This document shows positions 39,873 through 49,652 of a DNA stretch of 64,000 nucleotides, piece by piece. Location: the NCBI GenBank assembly GCA_963733295.1, contig CAVTCS010000003.1:2016001-2080000 (forward strand), written 5' to 3'. The notes under the pieces are model-generated. The model was not told the origin of the DNA and made no database searches. It was given only the letters and a program-made list of their open reading frames with translations. Both the position numbers and the translations under genes were made by a program. Position 1 is the first letter of the stretch, and each line of letters begins with the position of its first letter. Origin of the DNA: Vulcanimicrobiota bacterium. Lineage in GTDB: Bacteria > Vulcanimicrobiota > Vulcanimicrobiia > Vulcanimicrobiales > Vulcanimicrobiaceae.

Positions 39873-41681
39873 TCACGAGTGCGTCCCTAAACGCTTGGCT
39901 CTCCTGCGGTCCCGTTCTTCTACGAGCTTCCGGTATTCGGCTCTTTCGGCTTCCGGAATCGGCTCGCCGGACGCCAGCCGAGCGTCGATCGTGATCTCGA
40001 ACTCTTTTAGTCTCTGGTCGAGGCCGCTCTCGTTAAGAACCTCAAGGATGCGGTCGAGATGCGCTCGGCGCTCTGCCGAGTCCTGGAATCTCACCTTGGA
40101 CGAGCGGTCCGCCTGCTGCAGCGTGACGAGGGTGTCGACGGCTTCCCGATCGTCGCCGAAGCTCGCGAACACGTCAGAAGTGGCGACGAGCTCACCCTTG
40201 CGCCCAACGAGCGTCTGGTAGATCCGGCCGTAGCGCTCGTCCTTGAACATTTCTTGCGGGATTTTCCCCGCGTATTCCGCCACGAGGGCCGGCTCGTCCA
40301 GCAGCGTCATCAAGACGTCCCGTTCGAGCCCCAGCGGCTGCGCCGCCGGCGCCGCGTGCCGCACGAAGCGAGCACCGCTTGCGTCGCGCGGAGCAAAATT
40401 CGCCGGATTCGCGACGAAGCGGCTCTTCCGCAGATCGTCCGGCGCGAGTCCCAGTGCGTTCGCCACGTAAACGCGCCAGCGGTCCCATTCCTCTCGCGGA
40501 AGTGCACGCACCCTCAGTTCGGCGTCCCGCGCCGCCTGAGCCGGCGGCAGATTCTTGGCCCGTAGCACCGCGATCTCGCGGTCCAGCTTGAACTGGACAA
40601 ACAGCACCGCCCCGTCCAAGAGTTTTTGAAATGCCGGGGAGCCGTGCGAGCGCACGAACGAATCGGGATCCTCGCCTGCGGGCAGCTCGACAACGTACGG
40701 GAGACAACCGGCAGCTATCAACACGTCGATCGACTTGTCGGTTGCAGCTCCGCCGGCCGCGTCTGCGTCGAAACACAGGAAGATCCGCTCGGCGACCTTG
40801 CGCAACTGCGTCGCTTGCTCGGGAGTAAAGGCGGTTCCGAGCGAGGCCACCGCATTCGCAAAGCCCGCTTGGTGCAAGGCGATGCAGTCGAGGTAGCCCT
40901 CGACGACGATCAGCGCGTCCTGCTCGCCGACCGCGCGACGTGCGCGCTCGAGCGCGAAAAGCCCGCGCCCCTTCGTATACACCGGAGTCGTCGAGGTGTT
41001 GAGATACTTCGGCTCGCTTGCGTCCAGCGCGCGGCCGCCGAACGCCACCACCTCGCCGGTCGTCGCATAGGTCGGGATCATCAGGCGCGCGCGATAGAAG
41101 TCGTAGTAGCCGTGCTGTCCTTGCTTGACAAGCCCCGCCTTCGCGGCGAGCGCGAGATCGACGCCGTTGGCACTCAGTTCGCGGACGAGCCCGTCCCACT
41201 GCGGCGGCGCGAAACCCAACTTGAACGATTCGATCGTCGCAGCCGAAAGGCCACGCTCGGCGCAATAGGAACGCGCCGGCTCGGCTTCGGGCGCGAGCCG
41301 CAGGAGCCGGTGGAAAAACGAGGCAGCGAGGTCGTTGGCCGCGTAAATTTGTTCTTTTTCGCTACGCACGCGCGCGGCCGCAGGCGTCTCGGGCTCGAGT
41401 TCGATTCCGACGCGTTTGGCGAGCGTGCGCGCCGCCTCGGGGAAGGGCACGTTCTCGAGAAGCTGCACGAATTTTATCGCGTCCCCGCCTTGGCCGCATC
41501 CGAAGCACTTGAAGAAGCCGCGATCCGGATGGACGTGGAACGAGGGCGTCTTCTCGCCGTGAAACGGGCACAACCCGACGAGGTCGCGTCCGCGCTTGGT
41601 GAGCTGGACGTAGCCGCCGATGAGCGTCCCGATGTCGGTTCGAGCGAGGATCTCGCGAATCTGGGTTGGGTCGAGGCGCAC
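39873..41681 (-). CDS. dnaG: DNA primase
   Basis: CPFH..KTPSF, CFGC zinc finger, KYLN, VEGYLD, FDADAAG; directly upstream of rpoD. Confidence 0.97.
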   Translation of the reverse strand: MRLDPTQIREILARTDIGTLIGGYVQLTKRGRDLVGLCPFHGEKTPSFHVHPDRGFFKCFGCGQGGDAIKFVQLLENVPFPEAARTLAKRVGIELEPETPAAARVRSEKEQIYAANDLAASFFHRLLRLAPEAEPARSYCAERGLSAATIESFKLGFAPPQWDGLVRELSANGVDLALAAKAGLVKQGQHGYYDFYRARLMIPTYATTGEVVAFGGRALDASEPKYLNTSTTPVYTKGRGLFALERARRAVGEQDALIVVEGYLDCIALHQAGFANAVASLGTAFTPEQATQLRKVAERIFLCFDADAAGGAATDKSIDVLIAAGCLPYVVELPAGEDPDSFVRSHGSPAFQKLLDGAVLFVQFKLDREIAVLRAKNLPPAQAARDAELRVRALPREEWDRWRVYVANALGLAPDDLRKSRFVANPANFAPRDASGARFVRHAAPAAQPLGLERDVLMTLLDEPALVAEYAGKIPQEMFKDERYGRIYQTLVGRKGELVATSDVFASFGDDREAVDTLVTLQQADRSSKVRFQDSAERRAHLDRILEVLNESGLDQRLKEFEITIDARLASGEPIPEAERAEYRKLVEERDRRRAKRLGTHS

Positions 41682-41689
41682 GAAGTTCT

Positions 41690-42874
41690 TTAGACTTTCC
41701 CCGCGGTGTGCAATGTCCGGTAGATCGTGACGATGAGCGAGCCGACCCCGTCTTCTTTCGCGTTCGGCTGGCTGTTCAACCCGACGGCGATGACGGCGTC
41801 CGATTTCGGGATCCAGCAGTAGACCATGCGGTACCCTAGCGTTTCGCCTTCGTAATACCAAAACGTTCCGATTCCCGCCACCGTAGTTTGCCCGACGCCA
41901 AGCCCGAATCCGCGAGAGTCGCTCGCGTTCGTGCTGGCGATCGGCTTACCGGTCTTGTTGGAGACGATGGTCATCAGCTCGGTGCGTTGCTTCGGGGCGA
42001 GCAGGTCGCCTTCGTACAAGCGGCGCGACCAATAGGTCACGTCTTCGGGTTTGGAAATGATGCCGCCGGCTCCGCGGGCCCAGGAGAGGCTGAAGTTGCG
42101 CACGTCGCGTCCGACAAAGGCTTTGAACGGCGCGTTGTCGGGATCGGTGTTGAAAAAGTAGCCCGAAACCGTTCGCTGGAGGATCGACGCCGGATACAAA
42201 CTGGGTTCGTAATACGTGTTCGACAGCTTCGGGTCGCTAAGGAAGCGCCGCTCGATTTCGCTCTGATACGAGTGACCCGTGACCCGTTCGATGATCATTT
42301 CCGCGAGAATGTAGTTCGTGTTCGAATACGACCACCCGGTCGTCGGTTTGGGCGCTCCCGGGCGGTTCGGATAGACGGAGCCCACGAGTTCGGCCGTCGT
42401 AAACGTGCGATACGGATTCTTCACCATCTCGGAGATGATCGCGGGCTCGACATCGTACTCCGGAATCCCGCTGGTCATGTTGAGGAGCCGCCGGATGCGA
42501 ACGTTCTTCCAGGCGGGATATTGGGGCAGCCAGTCCCCGACGCTCTGCTCGATGTTGAGCTTGCCTTCGGCCTCGAGCTGCAGGATCGTCACCGCAGTGA
42601 AGGCCTTCGTGTTGCTGCCGATCTGATAGAGGTTGTCCGGCGTGATAGGGACGCTTCCGCCGTACTGGGTCTTCCCGGCGACGACGTTGATATTTTGCGT
42701 CGCGTCCTTCAGGTTGATACTCAACGAAACGGCCGAAATGTGTTCGACGTTAGCGCGCGTCGCGAGATACTTGGAGAGGTCCGCCTTGAGCGAAGCCTGC
42801 AGCGAGGCGTCGTCACCCCAGGCGGGTGCCGCGAGCAGCACGCAAGCAAGAACGATCGCGACCGGAAATCTCAA
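41690..42874 (-). CDS. Serine hydrolase, beta-lactamase/D-Ala-D-Ala carboxypeptidase family
   Basis: IGSNTK (SxxK), LLNMTSG, YSNTNY; signal peptide from TTG 42874. Confidence 0.9.
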   Translation of the reverse strand: MRFPVAIVLACVLLAAPAWGDDASLQASLKADLSKYLATRANVEHISAVSLSINLKDATQNINVVAGKTQYGGSVPITPDNLYQIGSNTKAFTAVTILQLEAEGKLNIEQSVGDWLPQYPAWKNVRIRRLLNMTSGIPEYDVEPAIISEMVKNPYRTFTTAELVGSVYPNRPGAPKPTTGWSYSNTNYILAEMIIERVTGHSYQSEIERRFLSDPKLSNTYYEPSLYPASILQRTVSGYFFNTDPDNAPFKAFVGRDVRNFSLSWARGAGGIISKPEDVTYWSRRLYEGDLLAPKQRTELMTIVSNKTGKPIASTNASDSRGFGLGVGQTTVAGIGTFWYYEGETLGYRMVYCWIPKSDAVIAVGLNSQPNAKEDGVGSLIVTIYRTLHTAGKV

Positions 42875-43011
42875 ACTAAAACTCCGTGTGGGTGCCGGGC
42901 TCTTGGGGTTCCACCGCGCGGCTAAAGGCCCCTCGGCGGCGCGCTGCGGGCCCCATGTGAACGTCGGACGGCGCGCGAAGAGAGCACGCATGACCTCGCC
43001 GCACCGATCGT

Positions 43012-43033
43012 CGTGAAGCGCATCTTCGATCCG
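43012..43033 (+). repeat. 22-bp direct repeat of the HD-gene start (second copy 44390-44411)
   Basis: CGTGAAGCGCATCTTCGATCCG vs CGTGAAGCGCATCTTTGACCCG. Confidence 0.8.
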
Positions 43034-43079
43034 CGCGCGCCTGGCACAGCTTGCGTCGCTCAATTCTCACGCGCCGGAC

Positions 43080-44303
43080 TTGTCACAGCTCGCTCGTCGT
43101 GGAAGGCCTTTTGCGGCCGCTCTGAAACGCGTTCTTCGAGGCACACTAATATTTCGCCGGAGTTCATGTGGGGCTGGAGCTATAGACCGTCCCGTTTTCG
43201 CACTTTCTTGGCTCGCGCTCGCCGTGGTTTCGCTGGCGAGCGTCGGGTGTTCGAGTTCGATGAACCCGACTGCGCCGGCGGAGCCCGGTTCAAATTCGGC
43301 GATGCGCTCGCATCTACGGTCTGCCCAAGGCGCACCCCCGAGTGGCGGCATTTTGACACCCACACCGAGCCCCAGTCCGGCGCCGACACCGTCGCCGACA
43401 AATCCGGCGTACGCAATCATCGAGTATCCGTTGCCCGCCAACGTCGCACCGCAGGAGATCGTCGCAGGGCCCGACGGCAATCTTTGGTTTACCGTGGAGT
43501 TGGGCAAGATCGGCAAGATTACCACGAGCGGGGTCGTGACGCTGTACGACATCCCTCCGCCAGCGGGATCTGAGAACGCTTTTCCATGGGGCATCGTTGA
43601 AGGTCCTGACCGCAACCTTTGGTTCACCGCGGGCAACTTCATCGGCAAAATCACGACGGCTGGAACCATCACGGAGTATCCGCTTCCGCCAAGCTCCGGT
43701 GCAGTGGGTCAGATCGTCACCGGACTTGACCGTAACCTGTGGTTCACCGACGATTTCGGAGTTATCGATAAGATGACGACGAGCGGTGTGGTTACGCAGT
43801 ACCCGGTCCCGGGAGCGAGCACGAATCCGTACGGGATCGCCCGTGGTCCAGACGGCCGGGTGTGGTTCGGTGGAACGGGAGGCAATTTTCCGGGAATAGT
43901 CGGCGCGATGATGACGTCGGGTGCCATGGTGGAATATCCCGTCGTGCCAGGCAGTTTCCTATTTTTCCATCCATATGGTTTGGCGGTAGGTCGCGACAAA
44001 AACATATGGTTTGCGAATCAGTCCAACTCGATCACGAGAGTAACGCTAAGAGGCCTATACACCGATTATCCGACACCGACTATGTTCTCGTTCCCCTGGG
44101 ACATCGCTGCCGGCCCGGACGGGAACCTTTGGTTTACCGAGAACTACGTGAGCAAAATCGGGCGCATTACCCTGAACGGAGTTATCACGGAGTTTCCAAT
44201 TCCCAACCTCGGCGGAGCCTATCAAGTGTTTGGAATTACGCGGGGGCCCGACGGCTATATGTGGTTCACGGGTCCGAACATGATCGGCAAGATCCACCCG
44301 TAA
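43080..44303 (+). CDS. Virginiamycin B lyase (Vgb)-like beta-propeller lipoprotein
   Basis: Repeated GPDGNLWFT...IGKIT..G.ITEYP blades; lipobox-like ASVGC; true start probably near 43166-43182. Confidence 0.88.
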   Translation: MSQLARRGRPFAAALKRVLRGTLIFRRSSCGAGAIDRPVFALSWLALAVVSLASVGCSSSMNPTAPAEPGSNSAMRSHLRSAQGAPPSGGILTPTPSPSPAPTPSPTNPAYAIIEYPLPANVAPQEIVAGPDGNLWFTVELGKIGKITTSGVVTLYDIPPPAGSENAFPWGIVEGPDRNLWFTAGNFIGKITTAGTITEYPLPPSSGAVGQIVTGLDRNLWFTDDFGVIDKMTTSGVVTQYPVPGASTNPYGIARGPDGRVWFGGTGGNFPGIVGAMMTSGAMVEYPVVPGSFLFFHPYGLAVGRDKNIWFANQSNSITRVTLRGLYTDYPTPTMFSFPWDIAAGPDGNLWFTENYVSKIGRITLNGVITEFPIPNLGGAYQVFGITRGPDGYMWFTGPNMIGKIHP

Positions 44304-44390
44304 GTTCAACTGCCGCCGCCGCAGGGGCACAACCGTATTACGGACCGGGAGCGAGGGCTAGGAAACGCCATCGATTAAGCTCGAGACGAC

Positions 44391-45602
44391 GTGAAGCGCA
44401 TCTTTGACCCGATCCATCACTTCATCGAGCTAAACGATGCGGAAATCGTCTTGCTCGATACCGGCCCGATGCAGCGCATGCGCCGGCTCCGCCAGCTTGG
44501 GCTCGCGAGCTTCGCCTTTCCGGCGGCCGAACACACGCGCTTCGGCCATGCGCTCGGAGCGCTTGCGGCCGGGGAGCGCGTCATCGCATCGCTACGGCGG
44601 CACGACGAGACGGGATATTTTGCCGACGAAGCCGACTTCGAGGCGCAGCGGCGCTTGCTGCGCACGAGCCTGCTCCTCCACGACGTCGGGCACGGTCCTT
44701 TCAGCCATGCGTCGGAGGCGGCGCTCGGCGCGCACGAGGGACGGACGCGCGCGATCCTCGCGCTCCCCGAGATCGCTAGCGCCCTCGAGCGCATCGGCGT
44801 CGAGGCGCAGGACGTGGCGGCACTCGTCACGGGCAAGCCCGAGTCGCGCTTTCCGGTGCTCAAGGAGATCGTCAGCGGCCCGAATCTCGACGCCGACCGC
44901 ATGGACTACTTGCTCCGCGACGCGTACTTCACCGGCATCATCAACGGACGCTACGATTCCGACCAGCTGATCGGATCGCTACGCGTGTATTTCGAGGGGG
45001 GCGGCCCGGTGCTCGGAGTCGACGCGCGCGGCGTCGTCGCACTCGAGTCGTTCGTCCTGGCGCGCTACATGATGTTTGCAACGGTCTACTTCCATCACAC
45101 CACGCGCGTCTTCGAGCGCATCTTGCAAGAAGCGCTGCGCGAACTCTGGCCAGATCCCCGGGCGCTCGATCCGATCGGTGCGTACCTCGAGTGGGACGAC
45201 TTTCGCGTGCTCGACGCGTTTCGCACATCACGTGGCGAAGCGGCGCAGGCGCTCCGGAACCGCCAGACGATTTACGGCTTGGCGGCGGAGTTCAACGCCG
45301 AGCGCGACCTCTCGCGCTTCGAGGCTTGCGTGCGGGCGCTGCGGGAACGCTTCGGCGACGCCGTCTGGGCCGACGCGCAAGAGCAACTGCTCCATCGCCT
45401 GCCCTTAGGCGTCGACGGAGGCGCTCCGACGGTGCTGGTCGGCACGCGAAACGGACTCGTCGACGCGCGCGAAGCCTCCGACCTCATCGCGAAGCTCTCG
45501 GGAAAAGCGTACTGGCGCAAGCTCTTCGTCAAGCGCACCGCCGCCGATCTGGCCGAAGCGCGCCGCATCTGCAACGCGCTTCTGGAAGCCGCGCCTCAGT
45601 AG
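44391..45602 (+). CDS. HD-domain phosphohydrolase (YwfO/SAMHD1-like dNTPase family)
   Basis: DPIHHFI, QRMRRLRQLG, HTRFGHALG, LHDVGHGPFSH, DADRMDYLLRD, VYFHHT. Confidence 0.92.
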   Translation: MKRIFDPIHHFIELNDAEIVLLDTGPMQRMRRLRQLGLASFAFPAAEHTRFGHALGALAAGERVIASLRRHDETGYFADEADFEAQRRLLRTSLLLHDVGHGPFSHASEAALGAHEGRTRAILALPEIASALERIGVEAQDVAALVTGKPESRFPVLKEIVSGPNLDADRMDYLLRDAYFTGIINGRYDSDQLIGSLRVYFEGGGPVLGVDARGVVALESFVLARYMMFATVYFHHTTRVFERILQEALRELWPDPRALDPIGAYLEWDDFRVLDAFRTSRGEAAQALRNRQTIYGLAAEFNAERDLSRFEACVRALRERFGDAVWADAQEQLLHRLPLGVDGGAPTVLVGTRNGLVDAREASDLIAKLSGKAYWRKLFVKRTAADLAEARRICNALLEAAPQ

Positions 45603-46639
45603 ATTCCGGCGAACCGGGTTTGCTCGGCGTGAACCTTTTCGAGCAGCGTCATCCAGCGCAGGTTGTAGTGGCGAGGATGACTGAGTTCCTCGATGTCGTC
45701 GAGCGGAAGCCGCTCGAGCATGTCGGCGATGCTCTCGAGCACCGTGCGCGACGGGGTGAAGCCAAGCGTGCGGCTGAGCTTGGCATTCGACATGCGATAG
45801 TTGCGCACGAGCTTCGGCAACGGCGCCTCCTCGAGGCGCACGTGAATCGGCTCGGGCAAGAGCGCGAGCGATCCGGCGACCAGCATCGCCAGCTGGCGGA
45901 TCTGATAGTTTTCCTCGAGCACGTTGAAGATTTCGCCGCGGACTTGCTCGAGCGGCGCTTCGAGGACCATGACGTGGACGCGCGCCACGTCGTCGACGTC
46001 GACGAGCGGGCGCCACATCCAGCCGCCGCCGTGCAGCAAGAGCCGCCGTTTGACGAGCGCATCCTTGATGAAGGTGTTCACCACGAGATCGAAACGCATG
46101 CGCGGACTATAACCGTAGACGGTGCCTTGTCGCAGGATCACCGGCGCGAATCCCGGTCCGGCTGCTTTGAGAAACGCGTTTTCACTGTAGTGCTTTGAGA
46201 CCGAGTAGTTGCCGCGCGGACGCACGTCCGTCGTCTCGTCGCACATGACGGGCGAACGGTCGAGCTCGTGCGACGACTGCTCGGTGTCGTAGATCGACGC
46301 ACTCGAGGCATAGACGAAGCGCTCGACCCCGCGACGCTTGCAGGCGGCGATGATCGTATCGCTCGCGACGGCGTTCATCTGCCAGTTCGCTTCGAAGTTA
46401 TATTCGGCCGTGGGATCGTTCGAGAGTCCGGCGAGGTGGACGACCGCGTCGATCCCATCGAGCCATTCGTCGCGCCACTCACGCACGTCGCCCGCGATCG
46501 TTGGCACGTCGATGCCCGCGAGCGGTTCGAAGCCCCAAAAGAAACGGTCGAGGACGACGGGCGCGTGCCCGCGTTCGACGAGCCGCCGGCAGAGAACCGC
46601 ACCGATGTACCCGGCGCCGCCGGTGACCAGAACCTTCAT
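45596..46639 (-). CDS. NAD-dependent epimerase/dehydratase
   Basis: TGGAGYIG, YSVSK, RMRFDLVVN. Confidence 0.92.
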   Translation of the reverse strand: MKVLVTGGAGYIGAVLCRRLVERGHAPVVLDRFFWGFEPLAGIDVPTIAGDVREWRDEWLDGIDAVVHLAGLSNDPTAEYNFEANWQMNAVASDTIIAACKRRGVERFVYASSASIYDTEQSSHELDRSPVMCDETTDVRPRGNYSVSKHYSENAFLKAAGPGFAPVILRQGTVYGYSPRMRFDLVVNTFIKDALVKRRLLLHGGGWMWRPLVDVDDVARVHVMVLEAPLEQVRGEIFNVLEENYQIRQLAMLVAGSLALLPEPIHVRLEEAPLPKLVRNYRMSNAKLSRTLGFTPSRTVLESIADMLERLPLDDIEELSHPRHYNLRWMTLLEKVHAEQTRFAGIY

Positions 46640-46709
46640 CGTTTCCTCTTTACTTCGTCGATCACACGACCCGGAAGGTCCGAGCGGGCGATTCCGAAGA
46701 CAACCCTTC

Positions 46710-47915
46710 GTGCCGCAATCCGCCCGACGACCTCACGTTGCCTTCGTCGTGCAGCGCTGCGGCTCCGACATCGCTGGCGGAGCCGAACGGCTCTGTCTCG
46801 AGACGGCGACGCATCTGAGGGAAGCGTGGGACGTCGAGATACTGACGACCTGCGCGCGCGACTATACGACCTGGGAAAACGTCTACGAACCGGGCGAGAC
46901 CGAGCTGGGCGGCGTTCCGGTTCAGCGCTTTCCCGTCGACGCGCCGCGCGACGCCGCCGCGTTCGAACGCCTGAGCCGGGAACTCGAAAGCGGCGCGCCG
47001 GTGCCCCTGTGGCGCCAGCAGGACTGGATCGCCGCCCAGGGTCCGGTTTGTTCGGCACTTCAGCAATTCGTCGAACGCCGGGCGCGCTCGTTCGACGCCA
47101 TTTACTTCTACACGTACCTGTACGCTACGACGTACCAGGTGCTGCCTTTCGCGGGCGAAGCCGCCGTGCTCGTGCCACTCGCTCACGACGAGTGGCCGCT
47201 CTACCTGCCGATCTGGGACGACCTGTTCCGCAGGCCGCGCGGCATTTTGTTCGCTTCGAGCGACGAGCGCAGGCTCGTCGAGCGGCGCTTCGGCGAGCTT
47301 CCGAACTTGGGACCGGTGATCGGCATCGGCATCGATCCGCCACGCGCGGTCGACCCGGAGGCTTTCCGGCGCGCGTACGGCATCCGTGAAAACTTCGCAC
47401 TCTACTTGGGCCGCGTCGATCCGGCCAAGGGCTGTGCCGAAATGGTCGAGCAGTTCGTCGCGCTGCGCCGCGGCGAACAGCGCGCGCGCAAGCTCGTGCT
47501 GGCGGGTCCTCAGGAAATGACGCTGCCGAAGCATCGCGACGTCGTCGCCCTCGGGCAGTTGTCGGACGAGCATAAATGGAACGCGCTCGCGGCGGCGGAC
47601 GTCCTCGTGATGCCCTCGCGCTACGAGAGCCTCTCGATCGTCGCGCTGGAAGCCTGGTCGCTCGGCACGCCGATCCTCGCCAACGGTCTGTCATCGGTCC
47701 TGGTCGGGCAGTGTCGCCGTTCGGGCGGCGGTTTGTGGTATGCGAACGGCGCCGAGTTTGCCCGGCTCCTGTCGAGCGATCTGCTCGGGAAGGCGCACGA
47801 ACTCGGCGCTCAGGGCAAGCGTTACGTTGAGGAAAACTATCGCTGGAGCGATGTCGTCGCGAAGCATCGCGCTTGGCTCGACGACCTTCTAGCGCTCGAT
47901 GCGACGCACTCGTGA
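46710..47915 (+). CDS. Glycosyltransferase family 4
   Basis: GGAE, YLGRVDPAKG, PSRYESLSIVALEAW. Confidence 0.9.
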   Translation: MPQSARRPHVAFVVQRCGSDIAGGAERLCLETATHLREAWDVEILTTCARDYTTWENVYEPGETELGGVPVQRFPVDAPRDAAAFERLSRELESGAPVPLWRQQDWIAAQGPVCSALQQFVERRARSFDAIYFYTYLYATTYQVLPFAGEAAVLVPLAHDEWPLYLPIWDDLFRRPRGILFASSDERRLVERRFGELPNLGPVIGIGIDPPRAVDPEAFRRAYGIRENFALYLGRVDPAKGCAEMVEQFVALRRGEQRARKLVLAGPQEMTLPKHRDVVALGQLSDEHKWNALAAADVLVMPSRYESLSIVALEAWSLGTPILANGLSSVLVGQCRRSGGGLWYANGAEFARLLSSDLLGKAHELGAQGKRYVEENYRWSDVVAKHRAWLDDLLALDATHS

Positions 47916-49219
47916 AGCAACTCATCGCGATGGGAACGGTCGTGCTGCCCGTGCCGCATCGCTTGCCGCTCGACGTGCGTTCGGCGGCGATCTTCTTTGC
48001 ACTCGGGATCTTCGCGCTGCTGCTGACGCGACGTCGCCCGGTTTACGGCATCGCGTTGCTCGTGCTGCTCGACCCGTTCGACGCCGCACGATACGTTCTC
48101 GGCACGACGATCACGTTGCCGAAGGCAGCTCTGGTCGGTGCGCTCCTCGGCCTCGCGCTGCGACGCCCTTCGTTCGAAGTGTTGAAGGCGCCGCGCTCGC
48201 GGCCGCTGGTCGCCGGCATTCTCGCCATTCTCGCGGCGACGCTGCTGACGGCAATTCCGGGGGTCTACATCGACGCCGTCGCGCGCGAAACGCTCAAGAC
48301 GCTCGAATACGCCGCGGGTTTCGCGTTCGCTGCGCTGGCCTTCGATGCGGACCGGGACGAACGTGTGATTTGGCGCGCAATCGAGATCGGAGCGGCGAGC
48401 GTCGCCCTTCTCGCGCTCGCCCAGCTCTTCACCATCGCCCCGTCGGGCATCGTACTCGGCGGACAGGTCGTTCCCCGGATCGCCGGTCCGCTCGAGGGAC
48501 CCAACCAGTTGGCCGGATACTTCGATCTTGCGATCCCGCTGCTGCTGGCACGCACGCTGCGGGCAGGCGACCGCTGGGCGCTGCCGGCTCTGATCCTCGC
48601 CGCAGTAGCAGACGTCCTGACCCTCTCTCGCTCGGGCGTTCTCGCCGCGCTCGTGGGCTGCATCGCCGTCTTGGCGATGGCGGGCCGGCTCCGGCTGCGG
48701 AGCGCGACGTTGCTGCCGGCAGCGGGCGCCGTTTTGCTCGTCACGGGGTTGCTCGCCATGGCCGGCCTTTTGCCCCGCTTCCTCTCCGTCGAGGAGGTCG
48801 GCCGCGAAAACGGTTTGGCGACGCGCGGCGAGCTCTGGCATGCCGCGCTCGCACTGTGGATTCGCCATCCGCTCCTCGGCGTGGGCGCGGGCAACTACGA
48901 ACTCGTGCTTCCGAGCGTAGGCCTGATCGGCGTGCGCACCCACGCGAATAGCGCATATCTGCAGGCGCTGGCCGAAGGCGGCGTGCCGCTCTTCTTGGCG
49001 ACGGTCTGGACCGCGATCGCCGCGGTGCGAAGCCTCTGGCCGCGCGGCAGCGGGGCGCCACTTTTGGCGGGAATCGCGGCAGCCAGCCTAGCCCTCGGCC
49101 TGCATCAATTATTCGACTGCTTGACCTTTTTTCCGAAGATCGGGACGTATTGGTGGCTGCTGCTGGGCATAGGTATTGCCGCGCTCCCTAAGGAGACCCT
49201 AATATCGGAGCGGAGGTGA
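47912..49219 (+). CDS. O-antigen ligase (Wzy_C) family membrane protein
   Basis: PNQLAGY, TLSRSG, HPLLGVGAGNY, HANSAYLQALAEGG. Confidence 0.88.
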   Translation: MKQLIAMGTVVLPVPHRLPLDVRSAAIFFALGIFALLLTRRRPVYGIALLVLLDPFDAARYVLGTTITLPKAALVGALLGLALRRPSFEVLKAPRSRPLVAGILAILAATLLTAIPGVYIDAVARETLKTLEYAAGFAFAALAFDADRDERVIWRAIEIGAASVALLALAQLFTIAPSGIVLGGQVVPRIAGPLEGPNQLAGYFDLAIPLLLARTLRAGDRWALPALILAAVADVLTLSRSGVLAALVGCIAVLAMAGRLRLRSATLLPAAGAVLLVTGLLAMAGLLPRFLSVEEVGRENGLATRGELWHAALALWIRHPLLGVGAGNYELVLPSVGLIGVRTHANSAYLQALAEGGVPLFLATVWTAIAAVRSLWPRGSGAPLLAGIAAASLALGLHQLFDCLTFFPKIGTYWWLLLGIGIAALPKETLISERR

Positions 49220-49250
49220 AGCGGAGTGGGGAAGCAGAAGCGCGTCCCTG

Positions 49251-49652
49251 ATGATTGAAACGGCGAACCCCGAGATCGACGTCGACGCTCTGATGCTCCG
49301 CCTGCGAAAGCGCGTCGCGGAACTTCGCAGCAACGGGCATCAGGAGCCTCTTCCCGTCAATGCGGTCAAGCTTCGGAACAACGTCTTTATCAACTCGTTG
49401 GAAGCTTTCGCGAATATCGCCGACCAGAAGTCGCAAGTCCGCACTCAATGGCCGTCGCATCTCGGCGGCCCCGTATTCCGGATGGCGCGAGTTCGCAAGC
49501 TTTTTCTCGATGGCCTGTCGTTCGTTTTCAAGGACCAACGTCACGTGAATCAGGCGCTCGTCGCGGCCTTCCGCGAGTCGATCAGCCTCAATCGCCAATT
49601 GATCGAGCAGGTCGAGACGCTTCGGCAAGAGATCGAAGCGTTAAAGCGCTAG
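49251..49652 (+). CDS. Hypothetical coiled-coil protein of the polysaccharide locus
   Basis: EIDVDALM..LR, QRHVNQAL, heptad tail; TAGTG coupling to next gene. Confidence 0.7.
   Translation: MIETANPEIDVDALMLRLRKRVAELRSNGHQEPLPVNAVKLRNNVFINSLEAFANIADQKSQVRTQWPSHLGGPVFRMARVRKLFLDGLSFVFKDQRHVNQALVAAFRESISLNRQLIEQVETLRQEIEALKR

Noticed and set aside
43400..44300. Repeated GGCCCGGACGG...TGGTT units
   Set aside because: Coding repeats of beta-propeller blades; also no evidence of true streptogramin resistance
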